A stretch of 55,074 bases of DNA, from contig JAZLKE010000015.1 of NCBI GenBank assembly GCA_045597505.1, positions 1 to 55,074 on the forward strand, given 5' to 3'. The translations under genes were made by a program, and so were the position numbers. This document shows, piece after piece, positions 29,179 to 37,917 of this stretch. The stretch's first letter is position 1, and every line of letters starts with the position of its first letter. The notes below the pieces were generated by a model, which saw nothing but the letters and a program-made list of their open reading frames with translations, made no database searches and had not been told where the DNA came from. The stretch is from Clostridia bacterium. Its GTDB lineage: Bacteria > Bacillota > Clostridia > Christensenellales > UBA1242.

Positions 29179-29388
29179 ATGGAAATCTTGATTGCCGAAC
29201 GAATTAAGTCACTAATGCAAGCGCACAACCTCAGCCAAGTCGCGCTTGCCAAGGCTGTTGGCATCAAACAAAACACAATTAGCGCGTGGTTGCTAAGAAA
29301 GAAAGAACCATGCATTACCAGTTTATGGTTATTGGCTGATTATTTCAAGGTTGATATTGATTATTTAGTCGGGCGCAAAGATTATTAA
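29179..29388 (+). CDS. XRE-family helix-turn-helix regulator (69 aa)
   Basis: LSQVALAKAVGIKQNTISAW...EP...LADYFKVDIDYLVGR. Confidence 0.92.
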   Translation: MEILIAERIKSLMQAHNLSQVALAKAVGIKQNTISAWLLRKKEPCITSLWLLADYFKVDIDYLVGRKDY

Positions 29389-29416
29389 AAAGCCCGCACA
29401 ATGTCGGGCTTGATTT

Positions 29417-30082
29417 TCATTGACGGTTGCTGTCATAAAGGCTGACTTCGTGGTTGGACTGTTCGGAATGAATCAATCTAATTTTTTCCAACAGTTCGTC
29501 GTAACTCGGCAAGTTTTTAATATCGTCCAAGCCGAAACGTTTTAAGAAATTATCCGTCGTACCATATAACAGCGGGCGCCCCAAAACTTCTTTACGCCCC
29601 ACGATTTCGACCAAGTTACTTTGGGTTAAAATTTGAATGGCATAGTCACTACCCACACCACGGATTTGGTCGATTTCCAAACGAGTAACCGGTTGTTTAT
29701 AAGCGATGACCGCCAAAGTCTCTAAGGCAGCTTTGGTCAAGTTGCGTTCGCGTAAAGGGTTTAACACCAAGCCAACTTCGTTTTCGTAAGCGGGATTAGT
29801 GCAGAATTGATAGTTATTACGATATTTAATTAAATGGATACCGTTGTCCCCGCTGAATTCGCCTTTGACAAATTCTAATGCGGCTTCGGCTTCCTTTTTA
29901 GATACGCCCAGTTTTTGGCAAAAGACTTCGGTCGGTAAACCGTCACCACATGCAAATAAAATTGCCGTGATTTGGTGTGCTAATTCTTGAACACGACTGC
30001 TGGGAGCCGTACTTGCCGTGCGTTTTTCGTGCGTCTCACGCACCGAATTCACTGTCGGTAAGGTCAAAATTTCCGTCGCCAA
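29417..30082 (-). CDS. scpB: Segregation and condensation protein B
   Basis: AALETLAVIAYKQPVTRLEIDQIRGV, GRPLLYGTTDNFLKRFGL. Confidence 0.94.
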   Translation of the reverse strand: MATEILTLPTVNSVRETHEKRTASTAPSSRVQELAHQITAILFACGDGLPTEVFCQKLGVSKKEAEAALEFVKGEFSGDNGIHLIKYRNNYQFCTNPAYENEVGLVLNPLRERNLTKAALETLAVIAYKQPVTRLEIDQIRGVGSDYAIQILTQSNLVEIVGRKEVLGRPLLYGTTDNFLKRFGLDDIKNLPSYDELLEKIRLIHSEQSNHEVSLYDSNRQ

Positions 30083-30815
30083 AAGCTCCTCCTTTCACAA
30101 TTTCAATTTCCCCAAACATTTGGGTTTGTTGGCAAGTTACCAATTGGCGTTTTAATAATTCCAGTACCGCCAAGAAAGTATTGATAACTTCGCTGCGCGT
30201 AATGTCGGCTTCAAACAATTGACTGAAACGAATGCGGTCTTTGATTTTCAAGCGCGTCACTACATCTTTAATTTTATCGGCTACGGTAAATCTGTCAAGT
30301 TTTATTGTGGTCTTTTCAATTTTGGCCGCATTTTCACCCACGCGCGCTAAAATCGACGTGAAGGCATTGGTCAGGTCGTCAAAGCTTACACCTTCCAATT
30401 TCCAGTCAGTTTTGACTTTCATCACGGCAGGCGCACGGTAGTAACGCCCCACTTCGTCCATGGATTTCAAATCTTCGCTGGCATCTTTGAACAACGCGTA
30501 TTCTTCCAAACGTTGGCGCAACAGTTCTTCGCTATCCTCTTCTTCCTCTTTTTCTTCTACTGGTTTGGGTAAAATTTGTTTACTTTTAATTTCTACCAAA
30601 ATTGCGCCAACTTCAATAAACTCACTCGCCAAGTCCAAATCCAAAGTATCCAATTCATTTAAGTACGCCAAATATTGCGAAGTCATGTCACCCAAGCGCA
30701 CGGTTTTGATATCTAATTTATGGTCACGCACCAATTGCAACAACAAATCAATCGGCCCATCAAAGTCGGCTAAATGCACTTTTACTTCTTCGCTGGCGCG
30801 TTGAATGATCCCCAT
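30036..30815 (-). CDS. scpA: Segregation and condensation protein A
   Basis: FDGPIDLLLQLV, SEFIEVGAILVEIKSKQILP, TFLAVLELLK. Confidence 0.93.
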   Translation of the reverse strand: MGIIQRASEEVKVHLADFDGPIDLLLQLVRDHKLDIKTVRLGDMTSQYLAYLNELDTLDLDLASEFIEVGAILVEIKSKQILPKPVEEKEEEEDSEELLRQRLEEYALFKDASEDLKSMDEVGRYYRAPAVMKVKTDWKLEGVSFDDLTNAFTSILARVGENAAKIEKTTIKLDRFTVADKIKDVVTRLKIKDRIRFSQLFEADITRSEVINTFLAVLELLKRQLVTCQQTQMFGEIEIVKGGAFGDGNFDLTDSEFGA

Positions 30816-30827
30816 AACAATTTCAGC

Positions 30828-31460
30828 TTATAGAAACAAATGCCAAAAGTCAAGGAATAACGCACTTAACCAAGTTTGCAGCATACCCAACACGTTGGTA
30901 AAATAAATGACAATTACCAAAATCAATAACGCAAAAATGTTGTTTTGGCGCATAAAACGCACGTAACCACTTTGCGGAGCCAAAGCCGCCAACAAATTAA
31001 AACCGTCCAAAGGTGCAATTGGTAAAATGTTAAAAGTTGCAAAGACAATGTTAATAACCATCATGTACAAAAACAAATACTGCCATACAGACACGCCCGC
31101 CAACAAGACATAAAAGAACGACGCAACAAAAGCTAACAATAAATTGGTAATAATTCCCGCCAAAGATACCCACACGCAACCCAAACGACGATGTTTGAAA
31201 TTGTTAGGATTTACCGGTACAGGAATTGCCCAACCAAAACCGAACAGCAAAAAGCAAACGGTACCCAAACCGTCCAAATGTTTGGCGGGATTCAATGACA
31301 ACCTGCCCGCATATTTGGCAGACGGGTCTCCGCACCACAAAGCGACTAAACCATGTGCGACTTCGTGTAAAATCAACGCGGACAAAATGGCTATCAAATA
31401 AAACGCCAGCAAAGCCAAGGTTTGATAAAAGTCATCTCCAGTACGAATTAAGTCTAACAT
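30828..31460 (-). CDS. Site-2 protease (M50 family)
   Basis: HEVAH, GRLSLNPAKHLD, FNILPIAPLDG. Confidence 0.93.
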   Translation of the reverse strand: MLDLIRTGDDFYQTLALLAFYLIAILSALILHEVAHGLVALWCGDPSAKYAGRLSLNPAKHLDGLGTVCFLLFGFGWAIPVPVNPNNFKHRRLGCVWVSLAGIITNLLLAFVASFFYVLLAGVSVWQYLFLYMMVINIVFATFNILPIAPLDGFNLLAALAPQSGYVRFMRQNNIFALLILVIVIYFTNVLGMLQTWLSALFLDFWHLFL

Positions 31461-34003
31461 GCTATCTTCGAATACGCTCCTACACCGTTCATGTTGGGTT
31501 TATATTTTTGAATTTCGCCCCACAAATTGCCAATTTTATTCGGTAATTCACTTTCCAATTCGGCTTTCTTTTCTGGGGTAATTGTATCTTTATTTAATTC
31601 GGTCAAATCATTTTGTACAGCCGTCATTTTATCGCGAACCGCTTTCAAATCGTTGGCATCCATGGTATTACCTTCACCAACCAATAATTTTTCCAATTCA
31701 GCATCGCTGGTTTTGGTCTTGTCGTTGACTTCGTCCAAAATTTTGCCCAAAGAATCTTGAACTGCATCACCAATTTGTGGAACGTCCAACACGCTGTTAA
31801 TCATATCAACAACATCTTCTTGGTTCAATTCAGAAACCGAGTTAATGAAGTCTTTGGCAATATCTTCCGGCGAACTGTTTTGAATTTTATCAATCAAGTC
31901 GCCCAGCTTTGAGTTGTTAATAATGTTCGCAACATTGACAATATTGTGTAAAGTATCTTTCCATTGTTGTTTACCACTGTCCAACATATCAATCAACATT
32001 TGGACATAGTCGCCTTCATCGCTGGATTTCATAGTTGCCAATTTACTCTTAACGAAATCTTTAACTGGGGGGAAGTCTTCAATCAAACGATACAAAGCAT
32101 CAACCAAATTGTCGATTTTCTGGTATTTAATTTCGTCGTATGCTTTGCCTGCAAATTCTGTATCCTTGTGCGCGGTATAATAATCTTGACTGATTACCAA
32201 ATCCGCCATGTAGCCTAACACGGCTTCCATTTGTAAGCGCGAATCGCTGTAACCTTTGCCGCGTAAAGCTTCTTTCTTAGCTTCAATATCATCAAGTGCG
32301 GTCACATAGTTACGTAAGACGTGCGCCACATCAACAATATCCTTACCCAACTTCGGCCAGTTACCTTCGACAGCAACCCCCTCTGCATTTTGATGGTTTA
32401 ACGCATTTTTACCAACAAACATCGGAATCAAATCAATAACCAATTTTTTCAAATCGGCATCATTATCAAACATATTGTCCATGGCTTTACTGTACAATAA
32501 CAAGTTATCCAAATCTTCCAAGCCAACCATTTCAACGGTCGCTAAATGAACCAAACGGTCACCCAAGACGTAAATCAAATATTCGCCACGGTCATAATTG
32601 CCATAGGTATTATCCAATTTAGCTGTGCTTAAATCAAAGTATTCCCTTGCGCCCAAGTTATCTTGTGCCAAAATTTCCGCCACGGTTTTGGACGGCAAAC
32701 CATCGTAAGTTACTTTATAAATATTCAATTTTTCCACGAAATCAACCGCGTTTAACAAATCTTGACGAATTAAGTTCAAGCCCTTACCACCAATGTATTT
32801 GACCGCAGCTTGTAAACCAGCCGCATATTTGGTATAGTTGGTTTCTTCGGCGGTTAAGGTTTGACCGACGTCACGTTGAGTTGTACCGTTTTTCACCAAC
32901 ACGCCATAGATACTGTTGACGTAAACATCATCGGTACCTTCAACCAAAGTTAAATCGTCATTAAATGGTGTCGCGAAAATTTTATCCATGTCGCGCATCA
33001 AATTATTCGCCACAGACAAAATTTGCAAATCAAAAGTTTTGTTAATGAAATCACGTAATACCGTGTAATCTTGCGTCGTTAAATTGGTTAAATCAAGACG
33101 ACCATTTTGAGTTGCGGCTTGCATTTTTTCCAAAACTTTCATCACGTTTTGCGCATCAACAACTAATTCAAGACCACTGTTCAAATCATGTACCAAACTA
33201 ATATCCTGTCCGTTTTCGATACGTACTGTTAATTGGTACTCAAAAGCTTTGGCAGAGAAAAACTCAATGCCACTGTATTTCATGAACGCGTTATAACCTT
33301 TTAATGGCGCATCAACTTTTTGCAAAATATTTTCGATGTCAATTTGAGTAGAATTGTTGTCACGTCCAGTCGATTGTGTTTGAATAGTCGATTGGTTTTG
33401 TGTGTGTTGGGCTTGGTATTCGGCGGCGTGGTTGACTACCCCCAATAAACCATTGACAGGGAACAAGAAAACAACAAACAAAACAATTCCTTGTACCGCA
33501 CCAATTAAAGCACCCCAGCCCGCGTACTTTTTAATTTTCTTGCCGTCCTTAGTACGTTTAGGCGCGGAAAAATGCGCAATAACTGCATAAATAATCCAAC
33601 CAACAAATTTAATCAAGAAATACAAAGCATAAAAAACCGCGATGTTCAAAACTGCTAAAACAATACCTAACGCGTAATCTTGAATGTAATCTTGGAACGG
33701 CACAACATAGTCGCCCGCATTTTGTTGTAAGTATTTAAAAACTTTATCACTGGCACGGTCAACATATTCTTGTGGAGTACTGCCGAAAATTTGTACGTTA
33801 CTATGCAAAGCACCATTTACAATCACTGGCGTTAAAAAGAACGCAATCAACAGCATACCGACAAACAATAATAAGCGCAAGCTGGCACGTTTGACCCCAC
33901 GACACAAACCAAACAATGCACCGATAATTAAAAAGACCAAAAATATCGTTAACATTCCTAACGATACAAACGGTACAATTTTATCCAAGATTGTTGTATC
34001 CAT
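31454..34003 (-). CDS. Large membrane protein with N-terminal CvpA-like TM domain and long helical soluble region (849 aa)
   Basis: GALFGLCRGVKR...GWGALIGAVQG CvpA-like motifs; four TM segments. Confidence 0.65.
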   Translation of the reverse strand: MDTTILDKIVPFVSLGMLTIFLVFLIIGALFGLCRGVKRASLRLLLFVGMLLIAFFLTPVIVNGALHSNVQIFGSTPQEYVDRASDKVFKYLQQNAGDYVVPFQDYIQDYALGIVLAVLNIAVFYALYFLIKFVGWIIYAVIAHFSAPKRTKDGKKIKKYAGWGALIGAVQGIVLFVVFLFPVNGLLGVVNHAAEYQAQHTQNQSTIQTQSTGRDNNSTQIDIENILQKVDAPLKGYNAFMKYSGIEFFSAKAFEYQLTVRIENGQDISLVHDLNSGLELVVDAQNVMKVLEKMQAATQNGRLDLTNLTTQDYTVLRDFINKTFDLQILSVANNLMRDMDKIFATPFNDDLTLVEGTDDVYVNSIYGVLVKNGTTQRDVGQTLTAEETNYTKYAAGLQAAVKYIGGKGLNLIRQDLLNAVDFVEKLNIYKVTYDGLPSKTVAEILAQDNLGAREYFDLSTAKLDNTYGNYDRGEYLIYVLGDRLVHLATVEMVGLEDLDNLLLYSKAMDNMFDNDADLKKLVIDLIPMFVGKNALNHQNAEGVAVEGNWPKLGKDIVDVAHVLRNYVTALDDIEAKKEALRGKGYSDSRLQMEAVLGYMADLVISQDYYTAHKDTEFAGKAYDEIKYQKIDNLVDALYRLIEDFPPVKDFVKSKLATMKSSDEGDYVQMLIDMLDSGKQQWKDTLHNIVNVANIINNSKLGDLIDKIQNSSPEDIAKDFINSVSELNQEDVVDMINSVLDVPQIGDAVQDSLGKILDEVNDKTKTSDAELEKLLVGEGNTMDANDLKAVRDKMTAVQNDLTELNKDTITPEKKAELESELPNKIGNLWGEIQKYKPNMNGVGAYSKIAC

Positions 34004-34117
34004 TACTGATATTATACACATAATCGACTACGTTTTGCAACAATTTATGAATTTGGACGTGTGCGAAAAAATCCTGAACTTGTCGCAATTTGTCAGAACC
34101 CAAACAATCACGAAACT

Positions 34118-34141
34118 AAAAAAAGACGCCGTAGCGTCTTG
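34118..34141 (-). terminator. Intrinsic terminator following the duplicated tRNA-Ser 3' fragment
   Basis: Minus AAGACGC tacg GCGTCTTTTTTT. Confidence 0.8.
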
Positions 34142-34197
34142 TTTTGGCGGAGAGATTGTAACCTAAATCGAACACCTCGTTATTAATTTTACTACAA

Positions 34198-34784
34198 CTA
34201 TAATGTTTTTTCGTTATTCAAATTTTTATAAATACAATTTTTTCCGAGATTATCATTTATCATTGTTAGTTTTTTTACAAGATTGTCGTCATTACGAGCT
34301 CTAACTTCTTCCAAGATTAAAGATTGTTCGTTTGTTACAAAACAATGATTAACCGCACCATTTGGTGTTACAAATAAGTCCATATTCTTTGCACAAGTTT
34401 CACTAACATCATTAGAAATTTTAGCTGCTTCACAAGATGTCCTTGTTATTATAACATTATCACTCATGACTACCTTTCTGAGTTCTTGTGCGTTTTCTTT
34501 TAACCCAAGTTGTTCTAGCATGCTCTTAATTTCATGCATTGGTACAATTTTATCTTTATCATTCGCTAATTCATCAAATTGTCTATAAAGCAATGGTTCG
34601 CCACCTGTTATACTAATGCTTTTCCAATTAAAGTTATTTTTACAAACAGTAAATAGATATACATAATCATCTAATGTTAGGGTTGTCTTAATTTTATTAT
34701 TCAAACCTTCGTGATTGCAAAAACGCAATCATAATTACATGATTGCATTAAGAGAAAACGAAGTTCTTTATTTTTCATTTCCAT
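34198..34784 (-). pseudogene. Radical SAM (MoaA-like) gene, frameshifted in the CxxxCxxC motif and internally deleted
   Basis: MEMKNKELRFLLMQSCNYDCVF joins CNHEG...SITGGEPLL if one T is added to the T-run at about 34720; much of the barrel after GGEP is missing. Confidence 0.75.
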
Positions 34785-35358
34785 TTGTTATTTCCTTGCT
34801 TCTTAAATTTTCCCATTTTTTTATAAATCGTAATCGATTAGGAGTTGGTTCCAATTGCTTGAATTCTTCAAAAGTAAACCATTTTAAATCATTGCTTTCT
34901 TCTGAAATCACAAATTCTTTTTGTGGTGTTGTAAACATAAAGTAAATATCGTAGTGTTTATGTGCTGGTTCCTTTTTCTTTTCGTTGGATGGAATATCAT
35001 TAACTGCTACATCCACAATATAGGAGCCATTTACACGCAATGGTTTAAAATTCTTAATTCCACTTTCTTCAAAAGTTTCTCGCATCGCAACACGCATAGT
35101 ATTTTCATCCCCATCACTGTGCCCACCAAATTGTAACCATTTATTCAATGCTTTATGATGAGTCAATAAAATTTGAGACAAATCCTCACTCAATAGAAAG
35201 CCCGATCCATTAATATGTCCGACCAAATTCGAACGCGAAAATAAATTTTTATTTGATTTAATAAAGTCTTTAGTTAACTGTAAATTTTTTGCTTCCGTAA
35301 TATCAAAAGGTTGATAGTGATTTAATTCTTCAATCAGGTTAAACCGAAATTTTTCCAT
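34768..35358 (-). CDS. Nudix hydrolase
   Basis: GHINGS...LLTHHKALNKWLQFGGHSDGDENTMRVAMRETFEESGI, EPAHKHYD; SD AAGGAG. Confidence 0.9.
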   Translation of the reverse strand: MEKFRFNLIEELNHYQPFDITEAKNLQLTKDFIKSNKNLFSRSNLVGHINGSGFLLSEDLSQILLTHHKALNKWLQFGGHSDGDENTMRVAMRETFEESGIKNFKPLRVNGSYIVDVAVNDIPSNEKKKEPAHKHYDIYFMFTTPQKEFVISEESNDLKWFTFEEFKQLEPTPNRLRFIKKWENLRSKEITNGNEK

Positions 35359-35496
35359 AAAACAATTTACTCCTTTTGATTATTCTAAAAATCCTACCGA
35401 TAGACTATAGCATTTTTAATACAAGTCAATCAATCATACATAGTTCATATCAGACAATACTGATCAAAACATCATCATATATAGTTAGGTTCTGTT

Positions 35497-35586
35497 TGGC
35501 GGAGAGTCTGGGGTTCGAACCCAGGCCACCTGTTACAGTGCTACTCCCTTAGCAGGGGAGCCCCTTAACCACTTGGGTAACTCTCC
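35497..35586 (-). tRNA. tRNA-Ser(GCT)
   Basis: GGAGAGT...CTCCC-CTGCTAA-GGGAG, long variable arm, GGTTCGAACCC, ACTCTCCGCCA. Confidence 0.95.
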
Positions 35587-35591
35587 AAATA

Positions 35592-35628
35592 ACAAAACCA
35601 GTCTAGGTGGTAAATCTGGTTTTGTCAA
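35592..35628 (-). promoter_or_regulatory. tRNA-Ser promoter embedded in an inverted repeat (also a probable gpmI terminator)
   Basis: TTGACA-17-TAGACT within ACAAAACCAG...CTGGTTTTGT. Confidence 0.65.
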
Positions 35629-35644
35629 GTTTTGTTCGTCTAAA

Positions 35645-37180
35645 TTATTTCTGCGTAATCATGCTCGGGTTGAAATGTGGGTCAGACGGAATACCCATCA
35701 AATCGCAAATCGTGGCCGCCAAATTGGTCAAACCGTAAGTGCCAGCTTCTGTGTTCGCCATTTCAAATTCAGGCGAAGCAAACGGACAGATAGCAATCGG
35801 CACCAAGTTATTGGTATGCGAAGTTTTAACTTTGCCGTTTTCGTCGGTCATTTCTTCCGCGTTACCGTGGTCGGCAGTAATGATTAAGTTGACTTTATTT
35901 TTTTGACAAACGTTGTACAAGCGACCAACACATTCGTCCACAGTTTGGCACGCAATCACGGCGGCGTCAAATTCGCCACAATGCCCCACCATGTCGGGGT
36001 TAGGCAAATTGCATTTCAAGAAATCATAATCACCGCTTTCAATGTTTTCAATCAACTTGTCGGTAATTTCAATCGCTTTCATTTTGGGCGCTTTATTGTA
36101 AAGGTTATTCAATTTGTCACTGGGAATTTCTAACCAAGTTTCTAATTGCGGGTCGATAGGTGCGCTTTTATTACCGTTGAAGAAATAGGTCATGTGTCCG
36201 AACTTAACGGTTTCGGTCACAGTGTATTGGCGCGCGCCGTGTTCACATAACCAAGCGGTTAAAGTGTGGTTAATTACTGGTGGTTCGCAAAGGTAATTTT
36301 TTGGCAAATTCATTTCTGCGTCATATTGCAAAATACCCGCGAAGTAGCAATCTTTAATCAAGGCGCGTTGTTCGGCTGAGATAAAATCGCCATTATCAAA
36401 CATGCGCGCAGTTTCAACCGCACGGTCGCCGCGATAGTTCAACAGTAAAATTGCTTCCCCGTTTTTAATCAAATTGTCAGGGTCAATAATTGCAGGTGGT
36501 ACTTGTTCATCGGACAATGTAGGGTTGGCTTGATAAAAGTCATTTAAGTACGCGCGCCAATCGGTTACAATGGGTGCTTTACCCTGTACACAAACTTCAA
36601 ACGCTTTGGTCAACATTTCGGTTTGAGCTTGGTAACGATCCATAAAGATTTGACCACGACCACCAATCACTGTCAAGTGTGGCACTTGTGCCAAAAAATC
36701 GGCAGCCGAACGCGGGCTGACATCGCGACCATCGGTAATCGCAATCACACTGTACGGTAAGTTTTGTTGTTCGCATTGCTTGATTACTTTGAACAAATGT
36801 TCGATGTTACTATGCACGCGACCATTACTGCACAAAATGATAATGTTTAATTTAGGATATGTACTGATTTTTTGCCAAACTGCCGATTCAAAAATTTTGC
36901 CAGTTGCAAAAGCATCATTCAACAAAGACAAGCCTTGCTTAATCGTCACACCCGCACCCATTGCGTTGTGTCCGACTTCACTGTTACCCGCATCTTTCGC
37001 ACTGTCAAGCCCGACTTCGTGTCCACTGGCTTTAATTAAAGTGGTTAAGTGTTGGTTGCGGGCTTTGGTTAAATTCGGCATACCCGCCGCAACTACCGCG
37101 TTACCTTGTTCGCGTGGGCTGTAACCCAAACCGTCCATTACACATAAAACTGTACGCTTAAAATTATTTTTGTTGGTCAT
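35645..37180 (-). CDS. gpmI: 2,3-bisphosphoglycerate-independent phosphoglycerate mutase
   Basis: VMDGLG, GNSEVGH, TDGRDV, NPDMVGH, TADHGNAE, SHT. Confidence 0.95.
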   Translation of the reverse strand: MTNKNNFKRTVLCVMDGLGYSPREQGNAVVAAGMPNLTKARNQHLTTLIKASGHEVGLDSAKDAGNSEVGHNAMGAGVTIKQGLSLLNDAFATGKIFESAVWQKISTYPKLNIIILCSNGRVHSNIEHLFKVIKQCEQQNLPYSVIAITDGRDVSPRSAADFLAQVPHLTVIGGRGQIFMDRYQAQTEMLTKAFEVCVQGKAPIVTDWRAYLNDFYQANPTLSDEQVPPAIIDPDNLIKNGEAILLLNYRGDRAVETARMFDNGDFISAEQRALIKDCYFAGILQYDAEMNLPKNYLCEPPVINHTLTAWLCEHGARQYTVTETVKFGHMTYFFNGNKSAPIDPQLETWLEIPSDKLNNLYNKAPKMKAIEITDKLIENIESGDYDFLKCNLPNPDMVGHCGEFDAAVIACQTVDECVGRLYNVCQKNKVNLIITADHGNAEEMTDENGKVKTSHTNNLVPIAICPFASPEFEMANTEAGTYGLTNLAATICDLMGIPSDPHFNPSMITQK

Positions 37181-37916
37181 AATTAATCACTCCATAAAAT
37201 GAATCAATGTTTAAGGACGAACCCACAAAGAAGATACCGTCCAATTCGGGCAAAGCCATATAACTTTTAACGTTGGCTGGCGTAATTTGTCCACCGTACA
37301 AAATCGGTAAACTGGCGTCCAACGGATTATTTTTCAATTCCACCAAACATTTACGAATATGCTTAGTGACCATATCAATATAATCTGGTTTGGGTAAAAT
37401 ACCACGTTGTACCACCCAAATCGGACGATAGCAGACCACTAAACTGTCAATATTTGGTACGCCTAACAAAGCACTTTGTAATTGGCGTTTAACCACATCA
37501 AAGGTCAAATTGTTTTGGTTTTCTGACCAAGTTTCACCCACACACAAAACTGGCGTAATGCCATATTTTTGTAACAATTTAATTTTTTTATTAACGGCTT
37601 CGTCGGTTTCAAAATTTTGACGCCAAGTACCATCACCCACAATACAGTATTTTACGCCGTATTCTTTTAACAGTTGAACACTAAGTTCGCCCATACGTCC
37701 GCCGAATTCAATTTCGCTGACGTCTTGTGCGCCCAATTGTAAGGGCTTCGGCATTTTTAAGCGCGCAATTTCATAGTAGCACGCCGCTGGTGCCAAAACG
37801 ACTTCGGTCTTGTTTTTTAATTCCAAGCCACGTTTGTAAACTTCTTGGAAAAACTCCAAAACTTCTTTGGGTGTCTTGTTAGACTTCCAGCAAGCAAAAA
37901 AGATTGGTCTTCGCAT
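37164..37916 (-). CDS. tpiA: Triosephosphate-isomerase-fold protein with substituted catalytic residues
   Basis: Position pgk-tpi-gpmI; WK, LGAQD, LCVGET, ILYGG retained; GHSERR replaced by GDGTWR and YEPVWAIGTG by YRPIWVVQRG. Confidence 0.8.
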   Translation of the reverse strand: MRRPIFFACWKSNKTPKEVLEFFQEVYKRGLELKNKTEVVLAPAACYYEIARLKMPKPLQLGAQDVSEIEFGGRMGELSVQLLKEYGVKYCIVGDGTWRQNFETDEAVNKKIKLLQKYGITPVLCVGETWSENQNNLTFDVVKRQLQSALLGVPNIDSLVVCYRPIWVVQRGILPKPDYIDMVTKHIRKCLVELKNNPLDASLPILYGGQITPANVKSYMALPELDGIFFVGSSLNIDSFYGVINYDQQK

Positions 37917-37917
37917 T

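Larger units (their letters stand above)
34143..35506. mobile_element. Integrase-less AT-rich islet inserted at the tRNA-Ser 3' end
   Basis: Direct repeat TTTGGCGGAGAG at 34143-34154 and 35495-35506 (tRNA 3' end); displaced terminator; inverted arms TTAGGTT/AACCTAA; AT-rich. Confidence 0.8.
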
